DNA of 64,000 nucleotides from Macrostomum lignano (taxonomy: Eukaryota), in contig NIVC01001998.1 of NCBI GenBank assembly GCA_002269645.1, forward strand, positions 1 through 64,000, read 5' to 3'. The position numbers and the translations under genes are program-made. Shown here in pieces: positions 27,432 to 42,085 of this stretch. Position 1 is the stretch's first letter; each line of letters opens with the position of its first letter. Under the pieces are notes generated by a model. It saw only the letters and a list, made by a program, of their open reading frames with translations, was not told the origin of the DNA and did no database searches.

Positions 27432-28215
27432 TGTGTCAACTCAAAATAAAAAGTGGTCACCTATTTCGCTCGATTCCACACATAGAATGCCGGTTTCGCC
27501 TCAACATCCTTCACTAGGCTGCTTAAAAGCTATACGCCTGTTATGTCTCAAATCGATGCAGGGAATATGCAGTACATGCATATCTATTATTGAAAGTGAA
27601 ATACGCTAAAAACTTTTCTGACGTTGGAAAGAGGAATGAACGCAAAATATGTGTAATAACGGATGCCCTAAAAAGGAAAAGAAACCAATCAACAAAAACA
27701 GATGGAATAGTGGATGGGATCATGATGAATCCAGGGATAAATTTTCATTTCCATTCCCCGATTGCTGCTTGCATGCTTTTTTCTGAATCCAATTCAGAAG
27801 TCTGCATCAGTTTGTCCGATGGTGTTCAACGATACACTTCAGAACACCTGAATACGGTTGTGTATTGTAGCGCATTTTTAATTGCATGACATGGTTGTTA
27901 GAGTTCAGAGTAGAGAGTGAAGACGAAGTCGTTGTTTGGTGGCAGCTACATTACGTTACCAACGTCTATCGACGTCGATGAAAGTATGTGCTTTTACATA
28001 TTGCATCCGCGGATAACGATGTCATTCGTCAGTGCAATGTAAAAGCAGCTATTTGTCAAAGATGTCGACAGTATGCCCACACATTCTGCATCGATTTGTG
28101 AGACATTAGCAACTTTAATCAACCTACTATAGTGGAACAATAATTAGCTAAGGCAAAACCGGTCCATCTATGCGTGGAATCCAGTGAAAAAAGGTGACCA
28201 CTTTTTGCTGACACA
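27432..28215. mobile_element. Old non-autonomous DNA element with ~70-bp imperfect TIRs
   Basis: TGTGTCA..AAAAAGTGGTCACC..GATTCCAC.CATAGA..CCGGTTT.GCCT at the left end and its reverse complement at the right end. Confidence 0.6.
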
Positions 28216-29378
28216 TTTTTGTGTTTTTATATAGTATCTTTCAGTTAGGCTGTTAGGCCGTTTGATCAGCTATACTGACAAAAAGTAAGTTGGGATAAAC
28301 TTACTTTTTGCAAAGTTGATGGCAACTTTTCACACTCACGTCGCAGCAGCGCCAATGCATGCTGGACTCAATCATACAGTATCCAAGCTGGATGCACAGC
28401 AGCTAATTAGGGGCTGCTGTGTCCTATGTATATGTGGATAGGGATTAAGACCAGCGAGTGTTATACATGTATATGAGTATACATGTACGAATACATGTAT
28501 GTACCTACATGTAGTAACTCATGAATTGGCAAGAAATTAAATGCAACAATCAACAATAATTAACACCACTGCACGTCACCCTGAAAACTGCCCATACACT
28601 TCCGGATGATGATCTTCCATCAACGCAACATTAGACTGCACGTACGTACATGTACTCTTAGATGTATTGGATGCCATAATACAATTTTCAGTTAAATTCA
28701 AAGCAACATCCAATTAAATTGGTTGATGTATGTATACGAAGCCTACATGTAGAAGAATATCCATGCAAAGAATGCGATCATTGCATCAAGTCTGGAAGCT
28801 TTGTTTGGTTAGCAAGATACACAAATCATCGGCAAATATTAGCGTCAATTCCTCTCCGAAAGTATCAAAACTTCTATGCAAGCAGATCGAAGATCTCGCG
28901 CTTTTCCTTTATTATTTGCCCAACAGGGATTTTTCACTTCCGTGATCCCTGAGACACCAAAGTCTAAGTTTCATGTCTTGCGAGTTTCTTCGCTATACCC
29001 GTACCACATCTTGGTGCTGGCGTCCTTGGTGCTGTACTGCATATATCAGCTCTGTCCCGCGCTATTCCAGTCTAAATCAAGTGCATTTTAAAGTTGCTTT
29101 TAATTTAATGCTCCTGCAACAAAGTCCAAGATCTTCCATCCATATTTGTAATCATTTCTTAACAACCACGCTCGTAGTATTCTGTAAAAAATCATTATTT
29201 AAACGAATTGCACAGTTCGAAAACTCGAACAGAGCCTTAGATCGGATCAGCCTTATCAACGGTCACTAAAAGTTACCTAAATCAGTCAGTATTCGAAGCC
29301 AAGAAGTAGACTTATCATTTCGGCGTAAAGGTCTAGTTTTAACCTTCAATAACGTTCCCAGCAGCTGGCTTTTAGGCT

Positions 29379-30518
29379 TTAGCGGACAAGAATCTCGAAC
29401 TCCTGCATCGAGTAGCCAGCACCGAATGGAAATTTCCAAACGATTCCATTGTTAATGGCGGTTTCCAGCGCCTCAGGTGGGTTGTAGTACAAACCATTAG
29501 GACTGCACATGTAGCAGCTTGAAAACCACCAGCCTCCTTTGTAGTAGGTGCTGCAGTGACCTGAACTACCATCGTTGTCAGAATCTAAGGTGCTGAACAT
29601 GGCTCCATTGTGCGAAGCGAGGCTGTCGTACATCGCGGGATGGCTGCCATGGAAACCGGAGACACTCAAACGGAACTTGTCGGCCTCGCTGGCCACGGAG
29701 AAGCTGGAGTAGTCGGCCCAGAACTCCGTGCCATTCCACAGCCTCATTCGCATGCGAAGTGCTCGACCAGACGGCCAGGTCAGAGAGTGCACAGCTCGCA
29801 GACCTGCAGTTGTCAAGCACAGCTCAATGCTGAGCAGCTCACAGCCACAGGAGGCCAGCGCTATCAAAAAGTGCATCAATACCGTCATGACCGCACTGCA
29901 CTGCACTCACCGAGCCAGTGGTTCGTGTGGGCTCCCTCTCCGAAGCCGGCTGCGTACTCGGTCCAGTTGCGATAGAAGTCTGTCGAGTTGTCCACCCGAC
30001 GCTGGATGCTGATCCAGCAGTCGCTGAGTGACGTCACAAACACCTGCAGTGAGGCATTGAGAGCTGCGGTCAGGCAAGTGCTGTCAGTTACCTGGCTGTC
30101 AGGTGAGTCAGTGCACGCTTGCTACTCACCCTGATGCAGCACGGAGACTGGTGAGTGTGAGGCGTCAGTCTGCGACACACAGCGCCACTTCGGTTTGCTG
30201 GAATGCGAATTGAGCTCAGCTGGGTGAGCAGCTTCATCAGGTTTAAGGCATCGAGCATGCAGCCAGGACTCACTCACCCACGATGCACTGGGGCTGCTGA
30301 GCACCGTCTCGAGGGATGAAGACCAGCAGCTGGTGAGCGAGCAGGTGCTTGGCAGCCTGTGCAGCGCACTGCAGCACATCGCTGGCTTGGTTGATGGAGG
30401 AGACGAAGAAGTGGCGGACTCGACCGCCCGACCAGCTGCTGCTGTGCACCTCATTGAGGATGACAGCAGCAGAAGTTGTTGTCAAGGCAATTGCTAGAAA
30501 TGCCAGCAGTTGATTCAT
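29379..30518 (-). CDS. Fibrinogen-related protein copy 2, intact, 4 exons
   Basis: Signal peptide MNQLLAFLAIALTTTSA; FBG motifs WISIQRR, NHWLG, HNGAMFSTLDSDND..C..YKGGWWFSSC..PNG; no frameshift seen. Confidence 0.9.
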
Positions 30519-32222
30519 TGTTGGGAAGTTAAAATCGTGTAGCTGAATGGCGCGATTTTGTGCTGCAGCTGCAGTCTACGCTCGAAGTCCTTGGAGTTCT
30601 GCAGCTCTTCGGAGCTTGCTGGATGGAGTCCCGTTTTCATCAGAATTTGCTGCCATTCAATGCGCGTTTAGCTAACATCCTTGTGATTGGTCTGCAGCTC
30701 TTGGCCCTCTTCTTGTCATCAGTGTTGCACACTGTCTATACTCTATAGAATCTTTCTGGCGCTGTTCTTCCCGGAGCGTCAGTCAATGTGTCTACAAGTA
30801 GCTTTCTTTGTTAAAGTTAGAGCCCTTAAATTTTCGACGCAAGCAAATTTGAAGTATACTTACATTGCTGCTTTAGATGAGAACTGAGCTTTAGAGCTGT
30901 GCGGAGAGTTTGCTCAAAATTGTTGTTGGAAAATTGTTTTGTGTTAGGGGCAAGGGCGTTCACTGCTTAGTTTTTTTACACCCATTTTTACGCTGCTCAA
31001 ATCTGTCGTTTAATTCGTCTTTGTTTACCCCATCTTACAATATCGATCTAACAAAAATGCAAGGTTTTCTAAATCTTTTTTCTAACGCGGATGCACTCTT
31101 AATTTCTTTCCCGTCGTTAGGCATGTACACATGCCTACATTCTGAGCATCTAAGCAGTGCCGCTGTTTAGGATTGACTTACTTGACTTAGCTGCAGGGGC
31201 TCCGCGCGTCCGGAAGCAGCGAGGAGGCGTTGCCGCCCATTTCGCTAACCCCTGGCGACCACGGGCAGCTAGTGCTGCGGTGTCGCGCAGGGAGTTCCGG
31301 TGGCGCCGGCGTCCGCAGCGCGGTCCCCCTCCGGAGAGTCGAGGAGGTGGATTGTCGCTCGCCCGGCGCAGTTTAGGATAGACATGGGATAAAGCTGATT
31401 AATCCATGTAGAGATGCACTCATGTTTCACTTTAGTTTCATTATAGAGCAGAGTAGAGTGATGTGTCCTCCAAGAGCAAAAGCTCGGGTCGTATACGCTC
31501 GTATTAGTATTAAATAAATTATGCATTCATTCTGGCGTCGAAGGCACTATTTAATTTTTTGCGTCCTGAAGCAAATTTATTGATTTCCATCCTTAGACTT
31601 ATTGAGTTCAGAAGCTTACGCCCAATTATTCACTAAGAACGTATCGGATATACCCTCTGCTAGCACATCAATGGTTTAATAATGGACAGAGTCATGCCAA
31701 TATATTTAAATCTAACATATACCCAGTTGACTAACACTTGAAGCTAAAACATGTATCCTATATCCACGGAAGCCCGAGGGTTCTAAGACATTTTCCAACT
31801 TCTGGGATATATGTTTGCCGAAACACATTTGTCTAATGTAGTAGCCAATAAGCAGCCAAGTGACAGGCTGTCAATTTTGTCCTCGCTCAAGGCTTTAAAT
31901 AGCTAATAATACGCAGTGGCCAGTTCCATTTGGAACCAGTTTCATGCGACTTGGTTACACACGAATTCACACGAATTTCATGGATTTGATGAAGTTGGCA
32001 CAATTCAATTTTAATGGTAGCTTCAGGAATTTGTTGCTTTAAATATCCACAGGCAACGTTGGAAATAGAATAGCAAATGCGCAACAATAAAATTCAAGAA
32101 AAATGGAGCCACTTGAGCCACAAAAGAGAATACGGAAACTCAGCAAGAAAACATAGCAAAAAAGCAGAAGTAAAGTTCAGATCTGATCATTTCTCTACCC
32201 ACATTTCTCAAAGGACTTCGCA

Positions 32223-33355
32223 ATGCATAAAGCACTGCTCCATCTGATTCTTCTGCACGCGATCAGTGTTTCAGGGCAGATTTCACTGCATGAGGTGCAC
32301 AGCAGCAGCTGGTCGGGCGGTCGAGTCCGCCACTTCTTCGTCTCCTCCATCAACCAAGCCAGCGATGTGCTGCAGTGCGCTGCACAGGCTGCCAAGCACC
32401 TGCTCGCTCACCAGCTGCTGGTCTTCATCCCTCGAGACGGTGCTCAGCAGCCCCAGTGCATCGTGGGTGAGTGAGTCCTGGCTGCATGCTCGATGCCTTA
32501 AACCTGATGAAGCTGCTCACCCAGCTGAGCTCAATTCGCATTCCAGCAAACCGAAGTGGCGCTGTGTGTCGCAGACTGACGCCTCACACTCACCAGTCTC
32601 CGTGCTGCATCAGGGTAAGTAGCAAGCGTGCACTGACTCACCTGACAGCCAGGTAACTGACAGCACTTGCCTGACCGCAGCTCTCAATGCCTCACTGCAG
32701 GTGTTTGTGACGTCACTCAGTGACTGCTGGATCAGCATCCAGCGTCGGGTGGACAACTCGACAGACTTCTATCGCAACTGGACCGAGTACGCAGCCGGCT
32801 TCGGAGAGGGAGCCCACACGAACCACTGGCTCGGTGAGTGCAGTGCAGTGCGGTCATGACGGTATTGATGCACTTTTGATAGCGCTGGCCTCCTGTGGCT
32901 GTGAGCTGCTCAGCATTGAGCTGTGCTTGACAACTGCAGGTCTGCGAGCTGTGCACTCTCTGACCTGGCCGTCTGGTCGAGCACTTCGCATGCGAATGAG
33001 GCTGTGGAATGGCACGGAGTTCTGGGCCGACTACTCCAGCTTCTCCGTGGCCAGCGAGGCCGACAAGTTCCGTTTGAGTGTCTCCGGTTTCCATGGCAGC
33101 CACCCGAGTCTGAGAGACTGCATGGCCTGGTGCAACGAATACGATTCAGACAACGACCTTAGGTCTCAACAGAGTTGCAGTATGCTCTACAAAGGAGGTT
33201 GGTGGTACGCAAATTGTCACTAAACCAACCCAAACGGCCTGTACTTCACACCGCCCTTGGCTCTGAGCACAGCGTCTTTTGCTTCTGGTATTAACTGGTA
33301 TTTGCCATTCGGCTATTACTACTCCATGAGGGAGTTTGAACTACTCGTTTCCTAG
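32223..33355 (+). pseudogene. Fibrinogen-related protein copy 3
   Basis: Different signal peptide (MHKALLHLILLHAISVSG); in-frame loss of about 5 codons (GMKFS) before DSDND and a TAA at 33221-33223 inside the FBG domain, with the frame continuing [12 protein letters not shown] to TAG 33355. Confidence 0.8.
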
Positions 33356-33779
33356 AATATACAAGTTATTTTTAAGTGTAAGTCAGAAGCGATAAACGTG
33401 GAGCTAAAAATAGACATTGTGCGAGTTTCCAGCAGGAAAATTTATCGTTCTACGAGCGTATTTGTCGAAACATTTACAATTTGCAAAGTTGGATTTTGCT
33501 GGATCTGTTTTTTCTGAATGGATGCGATCTATTAGTAATGATGAAAAATACATTAACGAGTCACTCCCGTCACTGCTAGTCTATCAGATATGTTGACTTA
33601 GTGTTACCAAGTCTTAGTTTTTTATTGCATTTCCGAGACCTAATGGAGCATTACTTCAGCTTATTTGGCTTGCAAAGTGATGATTGATGTGAAAGTTTTT
33701 ATGCATTGGTAGAAGCGTAAGCTGTCGTAGATAGGAGATGGTAGATCCTTGACATTGCTGTCGTTTAACTGTTCTTTGG

Positions 33780-36180
33780 CCTATCTGGCTCTTCTATAAC
33801 TTACCTGGCTCTTTTGTAACCTACCTGACTACCTGTCTCTTCTATTGCCCAACTGGCTCTTCCATGGCCTACCTGGCTCTTCTATGGCCTACCTGTCTCT
33901 TCTATGGGCTACCTGTCTCTTCTATGGGCTACCTGTCTCTTCTATGGCCTACCTGTCTCTTCTATGGGCTACCTGTCTCTTCTATTGCCCAACTGTCTCT
34001 TCTATGGCCTACCTGTCTCTTCTATGGGCTACCTGTCTCTTCTATTGCCCAACTGGCTCTTCTATGGCCTACCTGGCTCTTCTATGGCCTACCTGTCTCT
34101 TCTATGGGCTACCTGTCTCTTCTATTGCCCAACTGGCTCTTCCATGGCCTACCTGGCTCTTCTATGGCCTACCAGTCTCTTCTATGGCCTACCTGTCTCT
34201 TCTATGGCCTACCTGTCTCTTCTATGGCCTACCTGGCTCTTCTATTGCCAACTGTCTCTTCTATGGGCTACCTGTATCTTCTATGGCCTACCTGGCTCTT
34301 CTATGGCCTACCTGTCTCTTCTATGGCCTACCTGGCTCTTCTATTGCCAACTGTATCTTCTATGGCCTACCTGGCTCTTCTATTGCCTACCTGTCTCTTC
34401 TATGGCCTACCTTGTCTCTTCTATGGCCTACCTGTGTCTTCTATGGCCTACCTGGCTCTTCTATGGCCTACCTGTCTCTTCTATGGCCTACCTGTCTCTT
34501 CTATGGCCTACCTGTCTCTTCTATGGCCTACCTGTCTCTTCTATGGGCTACCTGTCTCTTCTATTGCCCAACTGTCTCTTCTATGGCCTACCTGTCTCTT
34601 CTATGGGCTACCTGTCTCTTCTATTGCCCAACTGGCTCTTCTATGGCCTACCTGGCTCTTCTATGGCCTACCTGTCTCTTCTATGGGCTACCTGTCTCTT
34701 CTATTGCCCAACTGGCTCTTCCATGGCCTACCTGGCTCTTCTATGGCCTACCTGTCTCTTCTATGGCCTACCAGTCTCTTCTATGGCCTACCTGTCTCTT
34801 CTATGGCCTACCTGGCTCTTCTATTGCCAACTGTCTCTTCTATGGGCTACCTGTCTCTTCTATGGCCTACCTGTCTCTTCTATGGGCTACCTGTCTCTTC
34901 TATGGCCTACCTGGCTCTTCTATGGCCTACCTGTCTCTTCTATGGCCTACCTGTCTCTTCTATGGCCTACCTGTCTCTTCTATGGCCTACCTGTCTCTTT
35001 TATGGCCTACCAGTCTCTTCTATGGCCTACCTGTCTCTTCTATGGCCTACCTGTCTCTTCTATTGCCAACTGTCTCTTCTATGGCCTACCTGTCTCTTCT
35101 ATGGCCTACCTGTGTCTTCTATGGCCTACCTGGCTCTTCTATGGCCTACCTGTCTCTTCTATGGCCTACCTGGCTCTTCTATGGCCTACCTGTCTCTTCT
35201 ATGGGCTACCTGTCTCTTCTATTGCCCAACTGGCTCTTCCATGGCCTACCTGGCTCTTCTATGGCCTACCAGTCTCTTCTATGGCCTACCTGTCTCTTCT
35301 ATGGCCTACCTGTCTCTTCTATGGCCTACCTGGCTCTTCTATTGCCAACTGTCTCTTCTATGGGCTACCTGTATCTTCTATGGCCTACCTGGCTCTTCTA
35401 TGGCCTACCTGTCTCTTCTATGGCCTACCTGGCTCTTCTATTGCCAACTGTATCTTCTATGGCCTACCTGGCTCTTCTATTGCCTACCTGTCTCTTCTAT
35501 GGCCTACCTTGTCTCTTCTATGGCCTACCTGTGTCTTCTATGGCCTACCTGGCTCTTCTATGGCCTACCTGTCTCTTCTATGGCCTACCTGTCTCTTCTA
35601 TGGCCTACCTGTCTCTTCTATGGCCTACCTGTCTCTTCTATGGCCTACCTGTCTCTTCTATGGCCTACCTGTCTCTTCTATGGCCTACCTGTCTCTTCTA
35701 TGGCCTACCTGTCTCTTCTATGGCCTACCTGGCTCTTCTATGGCCTACCTGTCTCTTCTATGGCCTACCTGGCTCTTCTATGGCCTACCTGTCTCTTCTA
35801 TGGCCTACCTGTCTCTTCTATGGCCTACCTGGCTCTTCTATGGCCTACCTGTCTCTTCTATGGCCTACCTGGCTCTTCTATGGCCTACCTGTCTCTTCTA
35901 TGGCCTACCTGTCTCTTCTATGGCCTACCTGTCTCTTCTATGGCCTACCTGTCTCTTCTATGGCCTACCTGGCTCTTCTATGGCCTACCTGTCTCTTCTA
36001 TGGCCTACCTGGCTCTTCTATGGCCTACCTGTCTCTTCTATGGCCTACCTGTCTCTTCTATGGCCTACCTGTCTCTTCTATGGCCTACCTGTCTCTTCTA
36101 TGGCCTACCTGGCTCTTCTATGGCCTACCTGTCTCTTCTATGGCCTACCTGTCTCTTCTATGGCCTACCTGGCTCTTTTT
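33780..36180. repeat. 20-bp satellite (TCTATGGCCTACCTGTCTCT), about 120 copies with variants
   Basis: Direct reading; the three ~800-aa ORFs are artefacts of a stop-free unit. Confidence 0.97.
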
Positions 36181-36589
36181 TGGCGTATGACCATATTTTA
36201 CTTACTTTACTACTTCAAACAAGTAGACTATTTCGTTTCAGAATTTATTTGGAAAAATCTCAGCCCAGAAAAATTAAGCCACTGATCAAGTCTAGATTGC
36301 TCATCGCATCATACACTACTTCTACGTAGGCAGACAAAAAAGTTATAATAAATTTCGATTGAAAGGAGCTTGATGCAGTTGCAGTACAAGGCACTAGGCA
36401 TAATTTGAGTTATAAAATTGAGTCGGCATTTATCATACAATTTTGAATTTGATGCAATGGCCAAAATTAATACAAGGCATTAGCATTCTCATGATAAAGC
36501 TGGCAAACCGTTGAGTACAGTTGCAATGGCGGCGGGCGAAGCAAAACAGATTAGCAGAGTTTGGCTCTTTCTCAAATAAAATTTTTCTT

Positions 36590-37148
<559 letters not shown>

Positions 37149-37739
37149 GCGATGAAGAGGCGAAATAATGAGCAACTAGAGTTTCATGACTAAACAGTTT
37201 AGAAAAATATTGATTTAAATGATTGCTTAGAACTTCGTTTTTAATTTTAACAATTTACCGCGGATTATTTGTTTATTCAATACTAGTACAGACAGTTAAC
37301 TTTTCTATCTAAATTTTTATCCAGAAACAGTATATCAATTTTTTATTTCTGCAAATTAAAACTTTACGTATTGGGTTAGTAAGTAAAAAGTACAGTAAAG
37401 CTACACTTAGAAATTGAATAGCTTGTTGGTTGTCAAATTTTAGCAGGCACTACCTCATGCCAGCACTGGTAAGCGCTATTTTTAGACAGAAACAAAAATG
37501 CAGCCGCTGTCTGCAAGTACAGTTGGCTGCACAATCCTGTTAGAGTTTACACTGCCCACGGGTGCACAATATGCACTTGGGGTGCAGCGGGCTAGAGCAG
37601 ATAGTATTAGGCTTTGGGAATTCCGGGTGCAAACTCTTGTAGAAATTTTTGCAAACGTTATTCCAGCATCTTCTTTTTAAAATCTATCATATGATTGTTT
37701 AACATTGAAGTCATTATCTGCCAATAAAGTAAATTATCT

Positions 37740-40700
37740 ACCATATAAATCAGTCATCTACCATGTAAATCAGTTACCTACCATAGAAGTCAGTTACCTA
37801 CCCCATAGAAGTCAGTTGTCTACCATAGAAGTCAGTTACCTACCCCATAGAAGTCAGTTGTCTACCATAGAAGTCAGTTGTCTACCATAGAAGTCAGTTA
37901 CCTACCCCATAGAAGTCAGTTGTCTACCATAGAAGACTGTTGTCTACCATCAAAGCCAGTTATCTACCATAGAAGTCAGTTAGCTACCCATAGAAGTCAG
38001 TTAGCTACCATAGAAGTCAGTTACCTACCATAGAAGTCAGTTATCTACCATAGAAGTCAGTTACCTACCATAGAAGTCAGTTATCTACCATAGAAGTCAG
38101 TTATCTACCATAGAAGTCAGTTATCTACCATAGAAGTCAGTTATCTACCATAGAAGTCAGTTATCTACCATAGAAGTCAGTTATCTACCATAGAAGTCAG
38201 TTATCTACCATAGAAGTCAGTTACCTACCCCATGGAAGTCAGTTGTCTACCATAGAAGTCAGTTGTCTACCATAGAAGTCGGTTACCTACCCCATAGAAG
38301 TCAGTTGTCTACCATAGAAGTCAGTTGTCTACCATAGAAGTCAGTTACCTACCCCATAGAAGTCAGTTGTCTACCATAGAAGACTGTTGTCTACCATAGA
38401 AGTCAGTTGTCTACCATAGAAGTCAGTTACCTACCCCATAGAAGTCAGTTGTCTACCATAGAAGACTGTTGTCTACCTTCAAAGCCAGTTATCTACCATA
38501 GAAGTCAGTTAGCTACCCATAAAAGTCAGTTATCTACCATAGAAGTCAGTTATCTACCATAGAAGTCAGTTATCTACCATAGAAGTCAGTTATCTACCCC
38601 ATAGAAGTCAGTTGTCTACCATAGAAGTCAGTTGTCTACCATAGAAGTCAGTTACCTACCCCATAGAAGTCAGTTGTCTACCATAGAAGTCAGTTGTCTA
38701 CCATAGAAGTCAGTTACCTACCCCATAGAAGTCAGTTGTCTACCATAGAAGACTGTTGTCTACCATAGAAGTCAGTTGTCTACCATAGAAGTCAGTTACC
38801 TACCCCATAGAAGTCAGTTGTCTACCATAGAAGACTGTTGTCTACCATCAAAGCCAGTTATCTACCATAGAAGTCAGTTAGCTACCCATAGAAGTCAGTT
38901 AGCTACCATAGAAGTCAGTTACCTACCATAGAAGTCAGTTATCTACCATAGAAGTCAGTTATCTACCATAGAAGTCAGTTATCTACCATAGAAGTCAGTT
39001 ATCTACCATAGAAGTCAGTTATCTACCATAGAAGTCAGTTATCTACCATAGAAGTCAGTTACCTACCCCATAGAAGTCAGTTGTCTACCATAGAAGTCAG
39101 TTGTCTACCATAGAAGTCAGTTACCTACCCCATAGAAGTCAGTTGTCTACCATAGAAGTCAGTTGTCTACCATAGAAGTCAGTTACCTACCCCATAGAAG
39201 TCAGTTGTCTACCATAGAAGACTGTTGTCTACCATAGAAGTCAGTTGTCTACCATAGAAGTCAGTTACCTACCCCATAGAAGTCAGTTGTCTACCATAGA
39301 AGACTGTTGTCTACCATAGAAGTCAGTTGTCTACCATAGAAGTCAGTTACCTACCCCATAGAAGTCAGTTGTCTACCATAGAAGACTGTTGTCTACCTTC
39401 AAAGCCAGTTATCTACCATAGAAGTCAGTTAGCTACCCATAGAAGTCAGTTATCTACCATAGAAGTCAGTTATCTACCATAGAAGTCAGTTATCTACCAT
39501 AGAAGTCAGTTATCTACCCCATAGAAGTCAGTTGTCTACCATAGAAGTCAGTTGTCTACCATAGAAGTCAGTTACCTACCCCATAGAAGTCAGTTGTCTA
39601 CCATAGAAGTCAGTTGTCTACCATAGAAGTCAGTTACCTACCCCATAGAAGTCAGTTGTCTACCATAGAAGACTGTTGTCTACCATAGAAGTCAGTTGTC
39701 TACCATAGATGTCAGTTACCTACCCCATAGAAGTCAGTTGTCTACCATAGAAGACTGTTGTCTACCATAGAAGTCAGTTATCTACCATAGAAGTCAGTTA
39801 TCTACCCCATAGAAGTCAGTTGTCTACCATAGAAGTCAGTTATCTACCATAGAAGTCAGTTACCTACCCCATAGAAGTCAGTTGTCTACCATAGAAGACT
39901 GTTGTCTACCATAGAAGTCAGTTGTCTACCATAGAAGTCAGTTACCTACCCCATAGAAGTCAGTTGTCTACCATAGAAGACTGTTGTCTACCATCAAAGC
40001 CAGTTATCTACCATAGAAGTCAGTTAGCTACCCATAGAAGTCAGTTATCTACCATAGAGGTCAGTTATCTACCATAGAAGTCAGTTATCTACCAAAGAAG
40101 TCAGTTATCTACCATAGAAGTCAGTTATCTACCATAGAAGTCAGTTATCTACCATAGAAGTCAGTTATCTACCATAGAAGTCAGTTATCTACCATAGAAG
40201 TCAGTTATCTACCATAGAAGTCAGTTATCTACCATAGAAGTCAGTTATCTACCATAGAAGTCAGTTATCTACCATAGAAGTCAGTTATCTACCATAGAAG
40301 TCAGTTATCTACCATAGAAGTCAGTTATCTACCATAGAAGTCAGTTATCTACCATAGAAGTCAGTTATCTACCATAGAAGTCAGTTATCTACCATAGAAG
40401 TCAGTTATCTACCATAGAAGTCAGTTATCTACCATAGAAGTCAGTTATCTACCATAGAAGTCAGTTATCTACCATAGAAGTCAGTTATCTACCATAGAAG
40501 TCAGTTATCTACCATAGAAGTCAGTTATCTACCATAGAAGTCAGTTATCTACCATAGAAGTCAGTTATCTACCATAGAAGTCAGTTATCTACCATAGAAG
40601 TCAGTTATCTACCATAGAAGTCAGTTATCTACCATAGAAGTCAGTTATCTACCATAGAAGTCAGTTATCTACCATAGAAGTCAGTTATCTACCATAGAAG

Positions 40701-41937
40701 TCAGTTATCTACCATAGAAGTCAGTTATCTACCATAGAAGTCAGTTATCTACCATAGAAGTCAGTTATCTACCATAGAAGTCAGTTATCTACCATAGAAG
40801 TCAGTTATCTACCATAGAAGTCAGTTATCTACCATAGAAGTCAGTTATCTACCATAGAAGTCAGTTATCTACCATAGAAGTCAGTTATCTACCATAGAAG
40901 TCAGTTATCTACCATAGAAGTCAGTTATCTACCATAGAAGTCAGTTATCTACCATAGAAGTCAGTTATCTACCATAGAAGTCAGTTATCTACCATAGAAG
41001 TCAGTTATCTACCATAGAAGTCAGTTATCTACCATAGAAGTCAGTTATCTACCATAGAAGTCAGTTATCTACCATAGAAGTCAGTTATCTACCATAGAAG
41101 TCAGTTATCTACCATAGAAGTCAGTTATCTACCATAGAAGTCAGTTATCTACCATAGAAGTCAGTTATCTACCATAGAAGTCAGTTATCTACCATAGAAG
41201 TCAGTTATCTACCATAGAAGTCAGTTATCTACCCATAGAAGTCAGTTATCTACCATAGAAGTCAGTTATCTACCATAGAAGTCAGTTATCTACCATAGAA
41301 GTCAGTTATCTACCATAGAAGTCAGTTATCTACCATAGAAGTCAGTTATCTACCATAGAAGTCAGTTATCTACCATAGAAGTCAGTTATCTACCCATAGA
41401 AGTCAGTTATCTACCATAGAAGTCAGTTATCTACCATAGAAGTCAGTTATCTACCATAGAAGTCAGTTATCTACCATAGAAGTCAGTTATCTACCATAGA
41501 AGTCAGTTATCTACCATAGAAGTCAGTTATCTACCATAGAAGTCAGTTATCTACCATAGAAGTCAGTTATCTACCATAGAAGTCAGTTATCTACCATAGA
41601 AGTCAGTTATCTACCATAGAAGTCAGTTATCTACCATAGAAGTCAGTTATCTACCATAGAAGTCAGTTATCTACCATAGAAGTCAGTTATCTACCATAGA
41701 AGTCAGTTATCTACCATAGAAGTCAGTTATCTACCATAGAAGTCAGTTATCTACCATAGAAGTCAGTTATCTACCATAGAAGTCAGTTATCTACCATAGA
41801 AGTCAGTTAGCTACCCATAAAAGTCAGTTATCTACCATAGAAGTCAGTTATCTACCATAGAAGTCAGTTATCTACCATAGAAGTCAGTTATCTACCATAG
41901 AAGTCAGTTATCTACCCATAGAAGTCAGTTATCTACC
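37740..41937. repeat. 20-bp satellite (ACCATAGAAGTCAGTTATCT), about 200 copies
   Basis: Variant-rich left half, nearly pure right half. Confidence 0.98.
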
Positions 41938-42085
41938 GAAAAAAATCGCGAACACATATTTTATTGATTTCAAATATATCGAGATTATCACAGCTACTGT
42001 TTATTTGGTTACTTTACTTTAGTCTCGGGAGTCCGATTTACATATATAGTATAGTGTTAATGACTTCAGTTGAAATAACTTTTCT

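Noticed and set aside
28719-29269. Overlapping short ORFs, one with a hydrophobic stretch
   Set aside because: No consistent frame, splice model or recognisable domain.
33845-36329. Three overlapping ~800-aa ORFs
   Set aside because: They are the three frames of a stop-free 20-bp satellite; there is no unique coding sequence.
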